From a virus (Duplodnaviria; Caudoviricetes): a stretch of DNA of 64,000 nucleotides. Of this stretch, positions 35,195 to 44,346 are shown one piece after another; the stretch's first letter is position 1, and every line of letters begins with the position of its first letter. The DNA is taken from IMG/VR virus record IMGVR_UViG_3300032226_000829; one strand, written 5' to 3'. The notes beneath the pieces are model-generated. The model saw nothing but the letters and a program-made list of their open reading frames with translations, was not told the origin of the DNA and ran no database searches. Made by a program: the position numbers and the translations under genes.

Positions 35195-36433
35195 ATGACT
35201 ACTAAAAAACAAGAAAAATTAAACAAATTACAAGAAGAAGTATTGGATAAAATTATTGTGGCAAGAGTAGGATTGTTGTTGAGACATCCTTTCTTTGGCA
35301 ACATGGCCACTAGATTGGGCATTCAAGAATGTGATGAATGGTGTCCCACAGCAGCCACTGATGGAAGAAATCTTTATTATAATACAAAATTCTTTAGCAA
35401 ACTTTCTGCTAGAGAAATCGAATTTGTGATAGCACATGAAATACTTCATTGTGTGTTTGATCACATTGGCAGAAATGAACAGAGAGATAGACAGATATAC
35501 AATGTGGCTTGTGATTACATTGTGAACAACACATTGGTGCGAGACAACATTGGTGAAAAACCCAAAGACATTCCTATATTTCAAGACTTCAAATATGAAG
35601 GTTGGAGTTCTGAAAGAGTGTATGATGAAATTTATAAAAAATATGATGAAAAACAATTGCAAAAATTAGGTCAATTGTTGGATGAACATTTGGATTGGGA
35701 CAAGGACGAAAACGGCGGCGGTAAAGATAAAAAAGACGGCAAAGAAGGTGACCAACAAAAAAGACCAGCATACAGCAAAGAAGAATTGAGAAAAATTAGA
35801 GATGAGATCAAAGATTCCATACTGCAATCAGCACAAGCCACAGGCGCTGGTAATCTTCCCAAAGAAGTGGAAAGAATCATAAAAAATATGACCAATCCTA
35901 AAATGAATTGGAGAGAAATATTACAGACTCAGATACAGAGTACCATCAAAAGTGATTACAGTTTTATGAGACCCAGTCGCAAAGGTTGGCACACAGGCGT
36001 GGTATTGCCAGGTTCACAGTTTGAACAGACCATTGATTTGGCTGTGGCCATTGATGCCAGTGGATCCATTGATGAAAAACAATTGAGTATATTCTTAGGC
36101 GAAATCAAATCCATCATGGATCAATACAAAGATTATAGAATTAAAGTGTGGACTTTTGACACAGAAGTGTACAATGAACAAGACTATGGTCCCACAGATG
36201 GTGACATCAGCCAGTATGAAATCACCGGTGGTGGTGGCACAGATTTCATGTGCAACTGGGAGTACATGAAAAAGAATGACATTCAACCAAAAAAATTCAT
36301 CATGTTCACAGACGGATACACATTTGACAGCTGGGGAGATCCTCACTACTGTGACACCGTGTTTGTGATACACAACAATCACAACGAAAGAATTGAATCA
36401 CCGTTTGGTATCACTACCAAATACGAAGACTAA
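35195..36433 (+). CDS. HExxH metallopeptidase-like plus vWA domain protein (412 aa; start reassigned)
   Basis: TAATDG, AHEILH, charged linker, MIDAS DASGS...GGGGTDF...FTDG. Confidence 0.85.
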   Translation: MTTKKQEKLNKLQEEVLDKIIVARVGLLLRHPFFGNMATRLGIQECDEWCPTAATDGRNLYYNTKFFSKLSAREIEFVIAHEILHCVFDHIGRNEQRDRQIYNVACDYIVNNTLVRDNIGEKPKDIPIFQDFKYEGWSSERVYDEIYKKYDEKQLQKLGQLLDEHLDWDKDENGGGKDKKDGKEGDQQKRPAYSKEELRKIRDEIKDSILQSAQATGAGNLPKEVERIIKNMTNPKMNWREILQTQIQSTIKSDYSFMRPSRKGWHTGVVLPGSQFEQTIDLAVAIDASGSIDEKQLSIFLGEIKSIMDQYKDYRIKVWTFDTEVYNEQDYGPTDGDISQYEITGGGGTDFMCNWEYMKKNDIQPKKFIMFTDGYTFDSWGDPHYCDTVFVIHNNHNERIESPFGITTKYED

Positions 36434-36717
36434 TGTTGCAGAAAACTGGAGAACCCAATCCTTTAAACTTTTTTGGTATTAGAAAAGTTCAAAAACCACT
36501 GCCGCATTTCACATATTTGGAAATCAAATTCGATTATGGCATGGAAGACAAGATCAATAATTGGATTAGAATCAATTTAAAAAGTAGATATTTTTTGGAA
36601 AAAACAATCAAAAGCTCTCATGAACACAAAGTGGAGTATGTGATAAAAATTGGTTTTGAAGAAGCCAAAGAACTCACCATATTCACTTTGAGTTGTCCTT
36701 ATGTGAATCGAAGTTAA
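36433..36717 (+). CDS. Hypothetical protein (94 aa)
   Basis: taATG coupling. Confidence 0.7.
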   Translation: MLQKTGEPNPLNFFGIRKVQKPLPHFTYLEIKFDYGMEDKINNWIRINLKSRYFLEKTIKSSHEHKVEYVIKIGFEEAKELTIFTLSCPYVNRS

Positions 36718-36749
36718 ATAATTTCGTATATACAACAAGGAGAACATAC

Positions 36750-37040
36750 ATGAACGAAGAAACTAAAAAAACTGCCACAGCCAGCACTGCTGCACCAAAA
36801 GCTGCAGCACCAGAAGCTGATTTAAAATCAGGAGATTTAACTGTGCAGGATTTAAACACTATCAAAGCTATCATTGACGTGGCATCACAGAGAGGTGCTT
36901 TCAAAGCCAATGAGATGCAAGCCGTAGGAACAACCTACAACAAACTTGAATCTTTTTTGAATGCCATTCAAGCTCAACAAGCGGCTGCAGCTAAATCTGC
37001 TCCAGCAGCAACAGCAGCACCTGTGGGAGATAAAAAATAA
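36750..37040 (+). CDS. Ala-rich hypothetical protein (96 aa; start reassigned)
   Basis: TAAATA 36715-36720 and AAGGAG SD before ATG 36750. Confidence 0.75.
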   Translation: MNEETKKTATASTAAPKAAAPEADLKSGDLTVQDLNTIKAIIDVASQRGAFKANEMQAVGTTYNKLESFLNAIQAQQAAAAKSAPAATAAPVGDKK

Positions 37041-37618
37041 TGTCTGAAATAAAACATTTGGGTAGATTCAAAGACACCAAAGAAGTGGTAGGAGTGGTCT
37101 ACAGAGTATTGCCCAGTGATCCAGAACATGCATTGGTGGTACCCACCAGCGGTTTGGATGGAGATGAACATGCAAGACTGATGGATTTAATTCACAGTGC
37201 TGCCAGTCAAACTTCATATGAACTAGCAGAAGCTATGGCCCGTGCCCCGTTGGGTGATGGTTCCATCATGCTGGCTAGATTCCATGTGAAAAAATTGATG
37301 AAAAAAGTCAAGAGCAATCAAATAGAAATGACTCCCAATCAATTCACCACTATCAGTTTGGATGCATTGAATGCTGCCATAGCACAACAAAAAGGTTTAA
37401 AAATTGCTGAACTGGCCATCACTGCCAGCAACGATACACCAGCAAACACACAGGCCAGAAACATAGTGAATCCCATTGTGGAATCTGTGAAAAACGAGTC
37501 TGTGTTGACCGATGAACAATTGGCTGCAAAATTAAGAAGTGATGCAGACAGATTGTACAAAGAAGCAGCACGATTGAGAAAACAAGCAGACGAGTTAAAA
37601 ACTAAGTCAGCAGAATAA
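37040..37618 (+). CDS. Hypothetical protein with C-terminal coiled coil (192 aa)
   Basis: Coupled ORF; heptad C-terminus. Confidence 0.75.
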   Translation: MSEIKHLGRFKDTKEVVGVVYRVLPSDPEHALVVPTSGLDGDEHARLMDLIHSAASQTSYELAEAMARAPLGDGSIMLARFHVKKLMKKVKSNQIEMTPNQFTTISLDALNAAIAQQKGLKIAELAITASNDTPANTQARNIVNPIVESVKNESVLTDEQLAAKLRSDADRLYKEAARLRKQADELKTKSAE

Positions 37619-37624
37619 TCAATT

Positions 37625-37939
37625 ATGGTCATTTTTGGCAAAAAATCACTGCCCAAAAATGTTGTGGATCATTGGCCAGAAGTGTTCAATGATGTCACAG
37701 TGAATGCCATACCTATTGAGTACCTATTGGCCATAAAAGTAACATTTAATGATGGCAAAAAATGGGAAATCAAAGTCAAAAACAGTCATAAAAAAATGAC
37801 CAACAGTAGGCTGGAACAAACACTGAATGAACTGTTCAAAAACTACACCAACAGCATCAAGAATGTGGATTTTAGGCTGGATACTGAAAAGGTCAAAAAG
37901 GACATTGAAAAACACACCAAAAAGTTCTTTAAAAAATAA
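37625..37939 (+). CDS. Hypothetical protein (104 aa)
   Basis: ORF in operon. Confidence 0.7.
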   Translation: MVIFGKKSLPKNVVDHWPEVFNDVTVNAIPIEYLLAIKVTFNDGKKWEIKVKNSHKKMTNSRLEQTLNELFKNYTNSIKNVDFRLDTEKVKKDIEKHTKKFFKK

Positions 37940-37970
37940 AACTTTTAAGTGATGAATACTGTTTATTCAG

Positions 37971-37978
37971 TATAAATA
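37971..37978 (+). promoter_or_regulatory. Full T4 late promoter TATAAATA for the fibre gene
   Basis: Exact octamer in the intergenic gap, then AGGAG SD and ATG 38012. Confidence 0.75.
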
Positions 37979-38011
37979 CACAGTAATAAGACATTAGGAG
38001 CAACGCACAAT

Positions 38012-39373
38012 ATGGCATTCAAAATAAGACGTGGCACAAACGCACAAAGATTACTGATAACTCCAGCAGAAGGAGAATTAATCTACACTACAGACACCAA
38101 AAAACTGTTCACAGGTGATGGTACAACTTTGGGTGGTGTGGCTGTGGACACAGGCACTGTGGCGTTTTCAGGCATTGCATCAGATGTTACTCCAGATGTG
38201 GACAGCACAAGAGACATTGGTGCCACAGGCAACAGATGGGCCGAAGGTTGGTTTGACAATGTGTATGGTGCATTCACAGGTGCTCTCACAGGCAATGTCA
38301 CAGGAAATTTATCAGGCAATGTCACAGGTAATGTCACAGGAAATTTAATAGGCAACGTGTCAGGTGACGTCACAGGAGATCTCAACGGTTCAGTGTTTGC
38401 AGATGATTCCACAGCAATGTTGGATGCCATACAAAAAAGAATTAAAGCAGATGTGTACAGCACAGCAGGCACATTATTATTGAGCACCAACCCTGCCACC
38501 AATGTGGTCAGCAACGGTGATGTGGTAATCACAGACAACGTGGTGACTCTGTTGAACGGATTAGACAATATACAATTAGGCACCAACACTTCAGCATTAG
38601 GAGTGGGATTAAGAATTAAATCACCAGTTATCAGTAACAAAGCCATTGAAACCACTTCACTCACAGATGGTAACAATGCTGACAGTTTTGAAATTCAAGT
38701 ATCCAGAGGCACTTTAAGTATTCCCACTTCTGTGCAACAAGGTGATCCACTGTTCACCATAGTGGCCAATGGCTATGATGGATCTGCATACAGATTTTCC
38801 AGTGCCATGTTTGCCAATGTGGAAACAGACTCCAACAATCCAGTATCACCAGGAGCAGTGCCAGGCATCATAGGTTTTGTTACTTCTGCAGATGGTGGAG
38901 CCACTACAAAAAATTTAGTATTCAATTCATTTGGTGAACTAGGAGTGAACTTAACCACTCCCACTGCCACATTATCAGTAGCAGGCAATGCATCTTTTAA
39001 TACTACAGCTGGTGTGGAAAAAGTTTTAACCGGAATGAATTCAGGCACATACACACAAGTGACCAGCAGCACTCTGGAAACCTACACAGCATTGACTTAT
39101 GCTCACGCAATTTACAGAGCAGCCAAAGTGACCATTCACGTGCATTGGAGTGCCAATGACAGCTATATTGGAGAATTTTTGATTGCGAACGGTACTGGAG
39201 CAGCCAGCATACAATCTATTCAATCCACATTTACCGGCACCAACCCAGTGAATGCCGTCACAGCTGATATCAGTGGAGCAAACGTGAGATTGAGAGTGCA
39301 GACAACTAACACATTTTCATCTGGTACGGTTTTCAAATACGAAGTACACTTCACTAACTTCGTAGCATACTAA
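38012..39373 (+). CDS. Virion fibre/tail-fibre-like protein (453 aa)
   Basis: Mtd-type N-terminal module IRRGT...EGELIYTTDTKKLFTGDG, G-x-x-T repeats, Gly/Thr/Ser-rich shaft, YRAAK...ISGANVRL C-terminal domain. Confidence 0.75.
   Translation: MAFKIRRGTNAQRLLITPAEGELIYTTDTKKLFTGDGTTLGGVAVDTGTVAFSGIASDVTPDVDSTRDIGATGNRWAEGWFDNVYGAFTGALTGNVTGNLSGNVTGNVTGNLIGNVSGDVTGDLNGSVFADDSTAMLDAIQKRIKADVYSTAGTLLLSTNPATNVVSNGDVVITDNVVTLLNGLDNIQLGTNTSALGVGLRIKSPVISNKAIETTSLTDGNNADSFEIQVSRGTLSIPTSVQQGDPLFTIVANGYDGSAYRFSSAMFANVETDSNNPVSPGAVPGIIGFVTSADGGATTKNLVFNSFGELGVNLTTPTATLSVAGNASFNTTAGVEKVLTGMNSGTYTQVTSSTLETYTALTYAHAIYRAAKVTIHVHWSANDSYIGEFLIANGTGAASIQSIQSTFTGTNPVNAVTADISGANVRLRVQTTNTFSSGTVFKYEVHFTNFVAY
38267..38386 (+). 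repeat. Ten tandem 12-bp (G-x-x-T/S type) repeats in the fibre gene
   Basis: GAFT GALT GNVT GNLS GNVT GNVT GNLI GNVS GDVT GDLN; ggcaatgtcaca exact at 38291 and 38315. Confidence 0.85.
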
Positions 39374-39384
39374 TACTTTTTATT

Positions 39385-40533
39385 TTAATTTTTTAACAAT
39401 TTAGATTGTTTGATTTTATAATCAGCCCAACTGCGATTGGTCCATTGAGAAGGTTTGTAATCTATATTTTTTGATTGAATACCATAACATGCTGGCACAG
39501 TATCATACAGTATCATTTTTTTATTCACTGCAGCATCACGCAACATAATTTGATGTAAAAAATTAGTGACAGGTTTGCCTGGCACAAAATCACACCAAGG
39601 TCCGCACTTTAATTGTTCCAAGTCAATGGTTTTAACATCACTCCATTGTATAATTCTATGAGTTATGCCATTGATATTCACCATGTAATGATAAAGATTA
39701 TCGTCGGCAGGATGTTTTTCCCAAGTCCAACCTTTACGTTCACAAATTTGTTTGATCAATTTGACATGATCACTGAGATAAAATCTAGGTTCATCAGGAG
39801 ATCTACCTATGTCTGATCCGGCTCTTATTCTGTATTGCCAACTCTTATGTCCTAAAGATTGTATTTCTTCCAGAACATGTTCCATATGATCCAAACTTTC
39901 CAATGTATATCCCACATAGTACACAAAAATTCCTTCAGCAATACAATTGTCTATGCCTTGCAGTTGTTTTTGATGCACAGTTGCTCCTTGATAGGAATGA
40001 TGATTCAAACCAATCATAACCATAGTGGTTCCAGCATCAGCGATTTCTTTTACCCAAGCTCTGTCAGACAACTTTACTCCATTGGTCAATATGCACACAT
40101 CTTCAGGTCTGTTTAATCTTTTCAACAATGCTTTAATTTGTCTAATTAATTCTGGCAAGTCTTTACGCACAGTGGGTTCAGCACCAGCCAATATCACAGC
40201 ACCAGATTCTGCATGAAATCTATGTTCAATCTGATCCAATATTTGTTCGATGGGTCTATCAGCTTGTTTATTGTCAGGTTTATGATAACAGTGCGGACAA
40301 TTTAAATTACATTTGTCAGTGACTTCCACCATGATCCCATGAGGAATGGTGTATCCTGAAACATCATAGTGTAATTGTTTATAAAATTCTACGTCTCTTT
40401 CTATTCTAATGTTTTGTGTGCCATGTTCAGCACAAGTCTTGGTTAGATACACTCCAGAATCTCTTGTTTCTCTCACTGCTTCACAGTGTCTATAACAGAT
40501 ATCACACAAGCTAGTAGTTTTTATATCTTCCAT
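39385..40533 (-). CDS. Radical SAM enzyme with N-terminal CxxC...CxxHG metal domain (MJ0619/Tes-like architecture)
   Basis: TSLCDIC...VYLTKTCAEHG; CNLNCPHC; GAEPT; TNG. Confidence 0.8.
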   Translation of the reverse strand: MEDIKTTSLCDICYRHCEAVRETRDSGVYLTKTCAEHGTQNIRIERDVEFYKQLHYDVSGYTIPHGIMVEVTDKCNLNCPHCYHKPDNKQADRPIEQILDQIEHRFHAESGAVILAGAEPTVRKDLPELIRQIKALLKRLNRPEDVCILTNGVKLSDRAWVKEIADAGTTMVMIGLNHHSYQGATVHQKQLQGIDNCIAEGIFVYYVGYTLESLDHMEHVLEEIQSLGHKSWQYRIRAGSDIGRSPDEPRFYLSDHVKLIKQICERKGWTWEKHPADDNLYHYMVNINGITHRIIQWSDVKTIDLEQLKCGPWCDFVPGKPVTNFLHQIMLRDAAVNKKMILYDTVPACYGIQSKNIDYKPSQWTNRSWADYKIKQSKLLKN

Positions 40534-40535
40534 GA

Positions 40536-41225
40536 TTATTTGTACAGTGCTATGGCAGCATCTATAAAATCCTTAGGGTAATTGTTTCTAAAACTTTCCA
40601 AACACAATATCTGCAAGCTGGCAAAGTCTGTGGGAGTGTGCATGTCAATATTTAGTTCATGCATTTTGGGCAGCAAAACTGTTCTCCTGTCTTGGGATAT
40701 GTGACTGAAATGATCCTGCACAGTGATAAGTGGTTCGCTTTTGTGATAACAAAAGAAATAGTTAACACTTTTTAATTTGCCTTCCACCACAAAATAACTG
40801 CTGGGGTGTAAACTGTATTTGTATAATCCTAATGTTTTGTGTGCTTGCAAAATCTCCAACATCTGTTCACGCCAATTGGGCAGCACTGCATCCATGCCCA
40901 CTGTGTGACTCTGTTCCCAAAAATCCACGCCATCAACGCCAAAGATAATTTTTTTAGCGTCATAGTCCAGTTCTAATATGTCAGGAATGTGTTCTGGAAA
41001 ATTGTGATGCATCATCAGCAGCATGTCTACTTCTCTCTGCCATTTTTGTTCCATTAGTATGGGATCCATCACTTCGTTTTGATCTTTGTGATAAGCTGTG
41101 TCGTTATGAAACCATTGCACAAATTCTGTTTTATTTTGATTGATGAGGCTGGTGTACACAAGATTGTTCCTGCACAATCCTTTGCCTGGCACATTGTTGT
41201 AATAGTATACGTAGTCAGTTACCAT
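40536..41225 (-). CDS. Protein-kinase-fold protein lacking the catalytic Asp (pseudokinase-like)
   Basis: WQRE, HIPDIL, LYKYSLHPSSY catalytic-loop-like, NYFF; paralog of 49497. Confidence 0.5.
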   Translation of the reverse strand: MVTDYVYYYNNVPGKGLCRNNLVYTSLINQNKTEFVQWFHNDTAYHKDQNEVMDPILMEQKWQREVDMLLMMHHNFPEHIPDILELDYDAKKIIFGVDGVDFWEQSHTVGMDAVLPNWREQMLEILQAHKTLGLYKYSLHPSSYFVVEGKLKSVNYFFCYHKSEPLITVQDHFSHISQDRRTVLLPKMHELNIDMHTPTDFASLQILCLESFRNNYPKDFIDAAIALYK

Positions 41226-41773
41226 CTAGGATATCTTTCCAATTGTTTGTAAAATTCTTGAACATTTAATTGCCATACAGTTTGATTTGTGCCTCTGTAT
41301 TTTATTTGATCGATTTTTTTCAAACATTTAGATTCTGCTAACATGGGTGCCCAAATATTATGCACTAGACGTTGAGTGCCTTCACTATTTTCATTGGTGG
41401 TCACATAAAGATTATTTTGCGATCCAGCCCATTCAACACAAGTGGGAATAAAAAATTGTGGAGTGACGCTTTGATGCGTGAGTATGCCTGTTTTGGTTCT
41501 TAATCTTGAGATAGGCAATTGATCCGTGAACACACAAGTTCTACACAATATTCTAAAACTATTTTCACCCATTTCAGGAAAAGAATGAGCGCCAGTAGAC
41601 CCCACTATTTTATTGTTGTATTTAAGCAACCAAATTTTCCATTTTTTTTCTGTGGAGATGCTGTCCACCAACATTTTTTTATTACTGTTGTTTTTGAATC
41701 CTTTGGATTCTGCTTGAAGATAAAATTCTGTTAAATCAACCGATTCAGAATATGGTACCAATTTATAAGTCAT
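41219..41773 (-). CDS. GNAT-like acyltransferase
   Basis: WLLKYNNKIVG strand pair, RILCRTC, YVTTN. Confidence 0.5.
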   Translation of the reverse strand: MTYKLVPYSESVDLTEFYLQAESKGFKNNSNKKMLVDSISTEKKWKIWLLKYNNKIVGSTGAHSFPEMGENSFRILCRTCVFTDQLPISRLRTKTGILTHQSVTPQFFIPTCVEWAGSQNNLYVTTNENSEGTQRLVHNIWAPMLAESKCLKKIDQIKYRGTNQTVWQLNVQEFYKQLERYPRW

Positions 41774-41789
41774 AAATTATTTTGCTCTC

Positions 41790-41809
41790 AATATTTAACA
41801 CTAAATATT
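41790..41809. promoter_or_regulatory. Back-to-back late promoters
   Basis: AATATTTA-acac-TAAATATT palindrome; TAAATA on both strands pointing at 41773(-) and 41813(+). Confidence 0.65.
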
Positions 41810-41812
41810 TGG

Positions 41813-42619
41813 ATGATAAGAGGAATTGGTGGCCGACCATATATTGATTTAACTCCACATTTGGATATAGAAGGTTTTAGGAAATTACATCCTGAAATTT
41901 GTCGAGGATTTGCTTTGGCTAGAGAATATGCCAAAGAAGGCACATGGATGTCGCCAGGATTTAATCTACAAGACATGAGTTATCAATTGAATTGGAAACC
42001 AATTTATATGGCTGTGAAAGAATATCTTGCACTGCCCACAGATCACCCTATTAGAAAAAACGGTGATGATTTGTATGCCAATATCAAAGATTACCGCACA
42101 AGAAATCAATTCACACGCTACCTCAAAGCAGTGTTGGGTGCCAAAGATCCATACATCTATTATTTTTTATGGAATGAAGGCGATTGGGATAATAGAAATT
42201 CTGAAAGACATCTCACAGAAGAAAGCAAACATTTTCCTGGATTGGTCACATGGGTTAAAAATCTTGTGGATCAAAACATTATCAGTCAAATAGGCAGAGT
42301 GATATTTTTTCACTGTGAACATGATGGACAACCATTTGAACACAGAGATCTAGATGGCAAACTGGGTGATCAACAAGGGTACAGTGATCATCGCAATGAG
42401 TTCATACACATACGTTATAACACCAAAAGAGGATTTTATATCTGGGATCCTGAAACAAAAAACAAAACCTACATCAATGCCAATGCAGCTTTCTGGAACG
42501 ATCAAGACTGGCATGGTGGAGAAATCAATCGTGAACAAGAGTATGGATTGAGAATTGACTGTGTGTTCACCGATGCATTTAGAAAAAAATTAGGCATCGA
42601 TCATTTAAAAAATTATTAA
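41813..42619 (+). CDS. 2OG-Fe(II)-type (DSBH) oxygenase-like protein
   Basis: HRD...WHG...RID; paralog of 48199. Confidence 0.65.
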   Translation: MIRGIGGRPYIDLTPHLDIEGFRKLHPEICRGFALAREYAKEGTWMSPGFNLQDMSYQLNWKPIYMAVKEYLALPTDHPIRKNGDDLYANIKDYRTRNQFTRYLKAVLGAKDPYIYYFLWNEGDWDNRNSERHLTEESKHFPGLVTWVKNLVDQNIISQIGRVIFFHCEHDGQPFEHRDLDGKLGDQQGYSDHRNEFIHIRYNTKRGFYIWDPETKNKTYINANAAFWNDQDWHGGEINREQEYGLRIDCVFTDAFRKKLGIDHLKNY

Positions 42620-42620
42620 T

Positions 42621-43214
42621 ATGAATCATTATCACAGATATCTAAAACTGCCTTTTGAGTATGCCAAACCTGATTTTTTTACTGGTAGTTATGATGATCC
42701 TCAATCTTTTTATTATTCAAAAGAAAAAGTTGATGATACTATTATAAAATGGATTGAGTCTTTTGATTTAAAAATTTTAAATTTAGTTGACGGTTTATAT
42801 ACGCCGCCCAAAGGTGGAAAATTAGCCATACATAGTGACACTAAAACAATCTGCAATGCTGTAAAAATTAATTTTACTTGGGGGCCAGACAACAGTGTTA
42901 CTAGATGGTGGCAAGTCAAAGACGAATCTTTTTTAACTTTAAATAGATCTAATAACGAAGAAAAAGCCACAGGTATTGTTTCAGATGTTGATATATCTTA
43001 TGCGTTATTTGCCAAAGAAGAAAATTGCAAACTTTTACATGAGCAAGTGATCAATAGACCCAGTTTGATGAACATAGGACAACTGCATAGCACATATAAT
43101 CCTCATCCAGAACAGGATCGTTGGACATTGTGTTTTACCTTGTTAAAACCTAACAAAGAATTTTTACAATTTGAAGAAGCGTTAAAAATATTCAAGGATT
43201 TTGTTTATGAATAA
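42621..43214 (+). CDS. 2OG-Fe(II) oxygenase-like, tandem copy 1
   Basis: HSD...LHST...RWTL. Confidence 0.65.
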   Translation: MNHYHRYLKLPFEYAKPDFFTGSYDDPQSFYYSKEKVDDTIIKWIESFDLKILNLVDGLYTPPKGGKLAIHSDTKTICNAVKINFTWGPDNSVTRWWQVKDESFLTLNRSNNEEKATGIVSDVDISYALFAKEENCKLLHEQVINRPSLMNIGQLHSTYNPHPEQDRWTLCFTLLKPNKEFLQFEEALKIFKDFVYE

Positions 43215-43682
43215 AAATAATTATCACAGATATTTAAAATTACCATTTGAATATTTAAAACCAAGGTGTTTTAATAAAAGTTATGATCATCCTAATATGA
43301 TATATGTTTTGCCACAATCAATTGACCAAAGTGTGATCAAATGGATTGAGTCCTTCGATTTAAAAGTATCCAATCTTATTGAAGGATTTTATACTCCCAC
43401 AAATGGTGGAAAGATACCCCTGCACAATGACACCTCGACTATAAGCAATGCTGTAAAAATTAATTTTACTTGGGGTCCTGACAACAGTGTGACTAGATGG
43501 TGGCATGTGAAACAACCAGAATATTTAAAACCGGTCAAACCAGACAATAGTCATATATCAACTGCGGGTGTGGTGCCCGATATAGTGGTCACAGATGCCT
43601 ACTCAGCACGTGAAGAAGATTGTGATTTGGTGCATGAGCAAGTGATCAATAGACCCAGTTTGATGAACATAGGACAACTGCA
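43038..43682 (+). repeat. 50-nt perfect direct repeat (43038-43087 and 43633-43682)
   Basis: catgagcaagtgatcaatagacccagtttgatgaacataggacaactgca in both tandem oxygenase genes. Confidence 0.9.
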
Positions 43683-43809
43683 CAGCACATTCAATCCCAA
43701 CATGACTGAAGATCGTTGGACACTGTGTTTTACTCTGTTAAAATTAGATAACACACATCTACAATTTGAAGAAGCTGTGCAAATATTCAAAGATTATATA
43801 CATGAATAG
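43207..43809 (+). CDS. 2OG-Fe(II) oxygenase-like, tandem copy 2 (200 aa)
   Basis: HND...LHST...RWTL; near-identical blocks to copy 1. Confidence 0.65.
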   Translation: MNKNNYHRYLKLPFEYLKPRCFNKSYDHPNMIYVLPQSIDQSVIKWIESFDLKVSNLIEGFYTPTNGGKIPLHNDTSTISNAVKINFTWGPDNSVTRWWHVKQPEYLKPVKPDNSHISTAGVVPDIVVTDAYSAREEDCDLVHEQVINRPSLMNIGQLHSTFNPNMTEDRWTLCFTLLKLDNTHLQFEEAVQIFKDYIHE

Positions 43810-44338
43810 AACAGTGCGTATTACCTGCCCCAAAGAATTTAATAAAAAATATATGTCTCGTCAACATGACAATTATATCAACAAGTTGGATGTGTATCAC
43901 AATGCACAAAAAATATTTGCCAACATTGATGATGCAGAGGAGAATCTTCCTATAATATTAGAAAAATCCATTGTGTTCGATAATATCAACGTTTTTGAAT
44001 TCAATTATGATATTAAATTTCACTCAGTGGAAGAGCAGGCCAAAATTATATGGAGTCTTAAACCAATAAATTATCTATATCAAAGTCATGTGCAGTTGAT
44101 CAGACTCAACAGTGTGCAAGGCAGTGAGCATGTGTCAGATGACTATTGTATCACAGTGAAGTGTAATCAACACACTCACTCAGTGGGCAAGGAATATCAT
44201 CAAGGACAACATCAAAACATAAATTTTGAGGATCTCATAGATGCCAATGGTTATTGTTGTTTCAGTGTGCAAACCAAAAAAGTTTTTGATAACACTCCAT
44301 CCATCACATACGATCAATTACAATTTGAAATACTATAA
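43802..44338 (+). CDS. Hypothetical protein (178 aa; start reassigned)
   Basis: ATG 43802 overlaps the upstream stop. Confidence 0.65.
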   Translation: MNRTVRITCPKEFNKKYMSRQHDNYINKLDVYHNAQKIFANIDDAEENLPIILEKSIVFDNINVFEFNYDIKFHSVEEQAKIIWSLKPINYLYQSHVQLIRLNSVQGSEHVSDDYCITVKCNQHTHSVGKEYHQGQHQNINFEDLIDANGYCCFSVQTKKVFDNTPSITYDQLQFEIL

Positions 44339-44346
44339 TTACTGCT

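Noticed and set aside
247-37915. Numerous 60-150 aa minus-strand and off-frame ORFs in the track
   Set aside because: They lie entirely opposite or within well-supported genes, have odd composition and lack start signals
37953-37969. TGAATA-ctgtt-TATTCA hairpin before the fibre promoter
   Set aside because: Six AT-rich pairs; expected by chance in this composition
38083-39072. Antisense ORFs of 197 aa and 99 aa over the fibre gene
   Set aside because: Shadow frames produced by repetitive Gly/Thr/Val codons; no promoter, SD or motif
38012-43809. Diversity-generating retroelement (Mtd-like fibre N-terminus, nearby repeat)
   Set aside because: No reverse transcriptase in the window; the 50-nt repeat is identical between two paralogous enzymes, not an adenine-mismatched TR/VR pair
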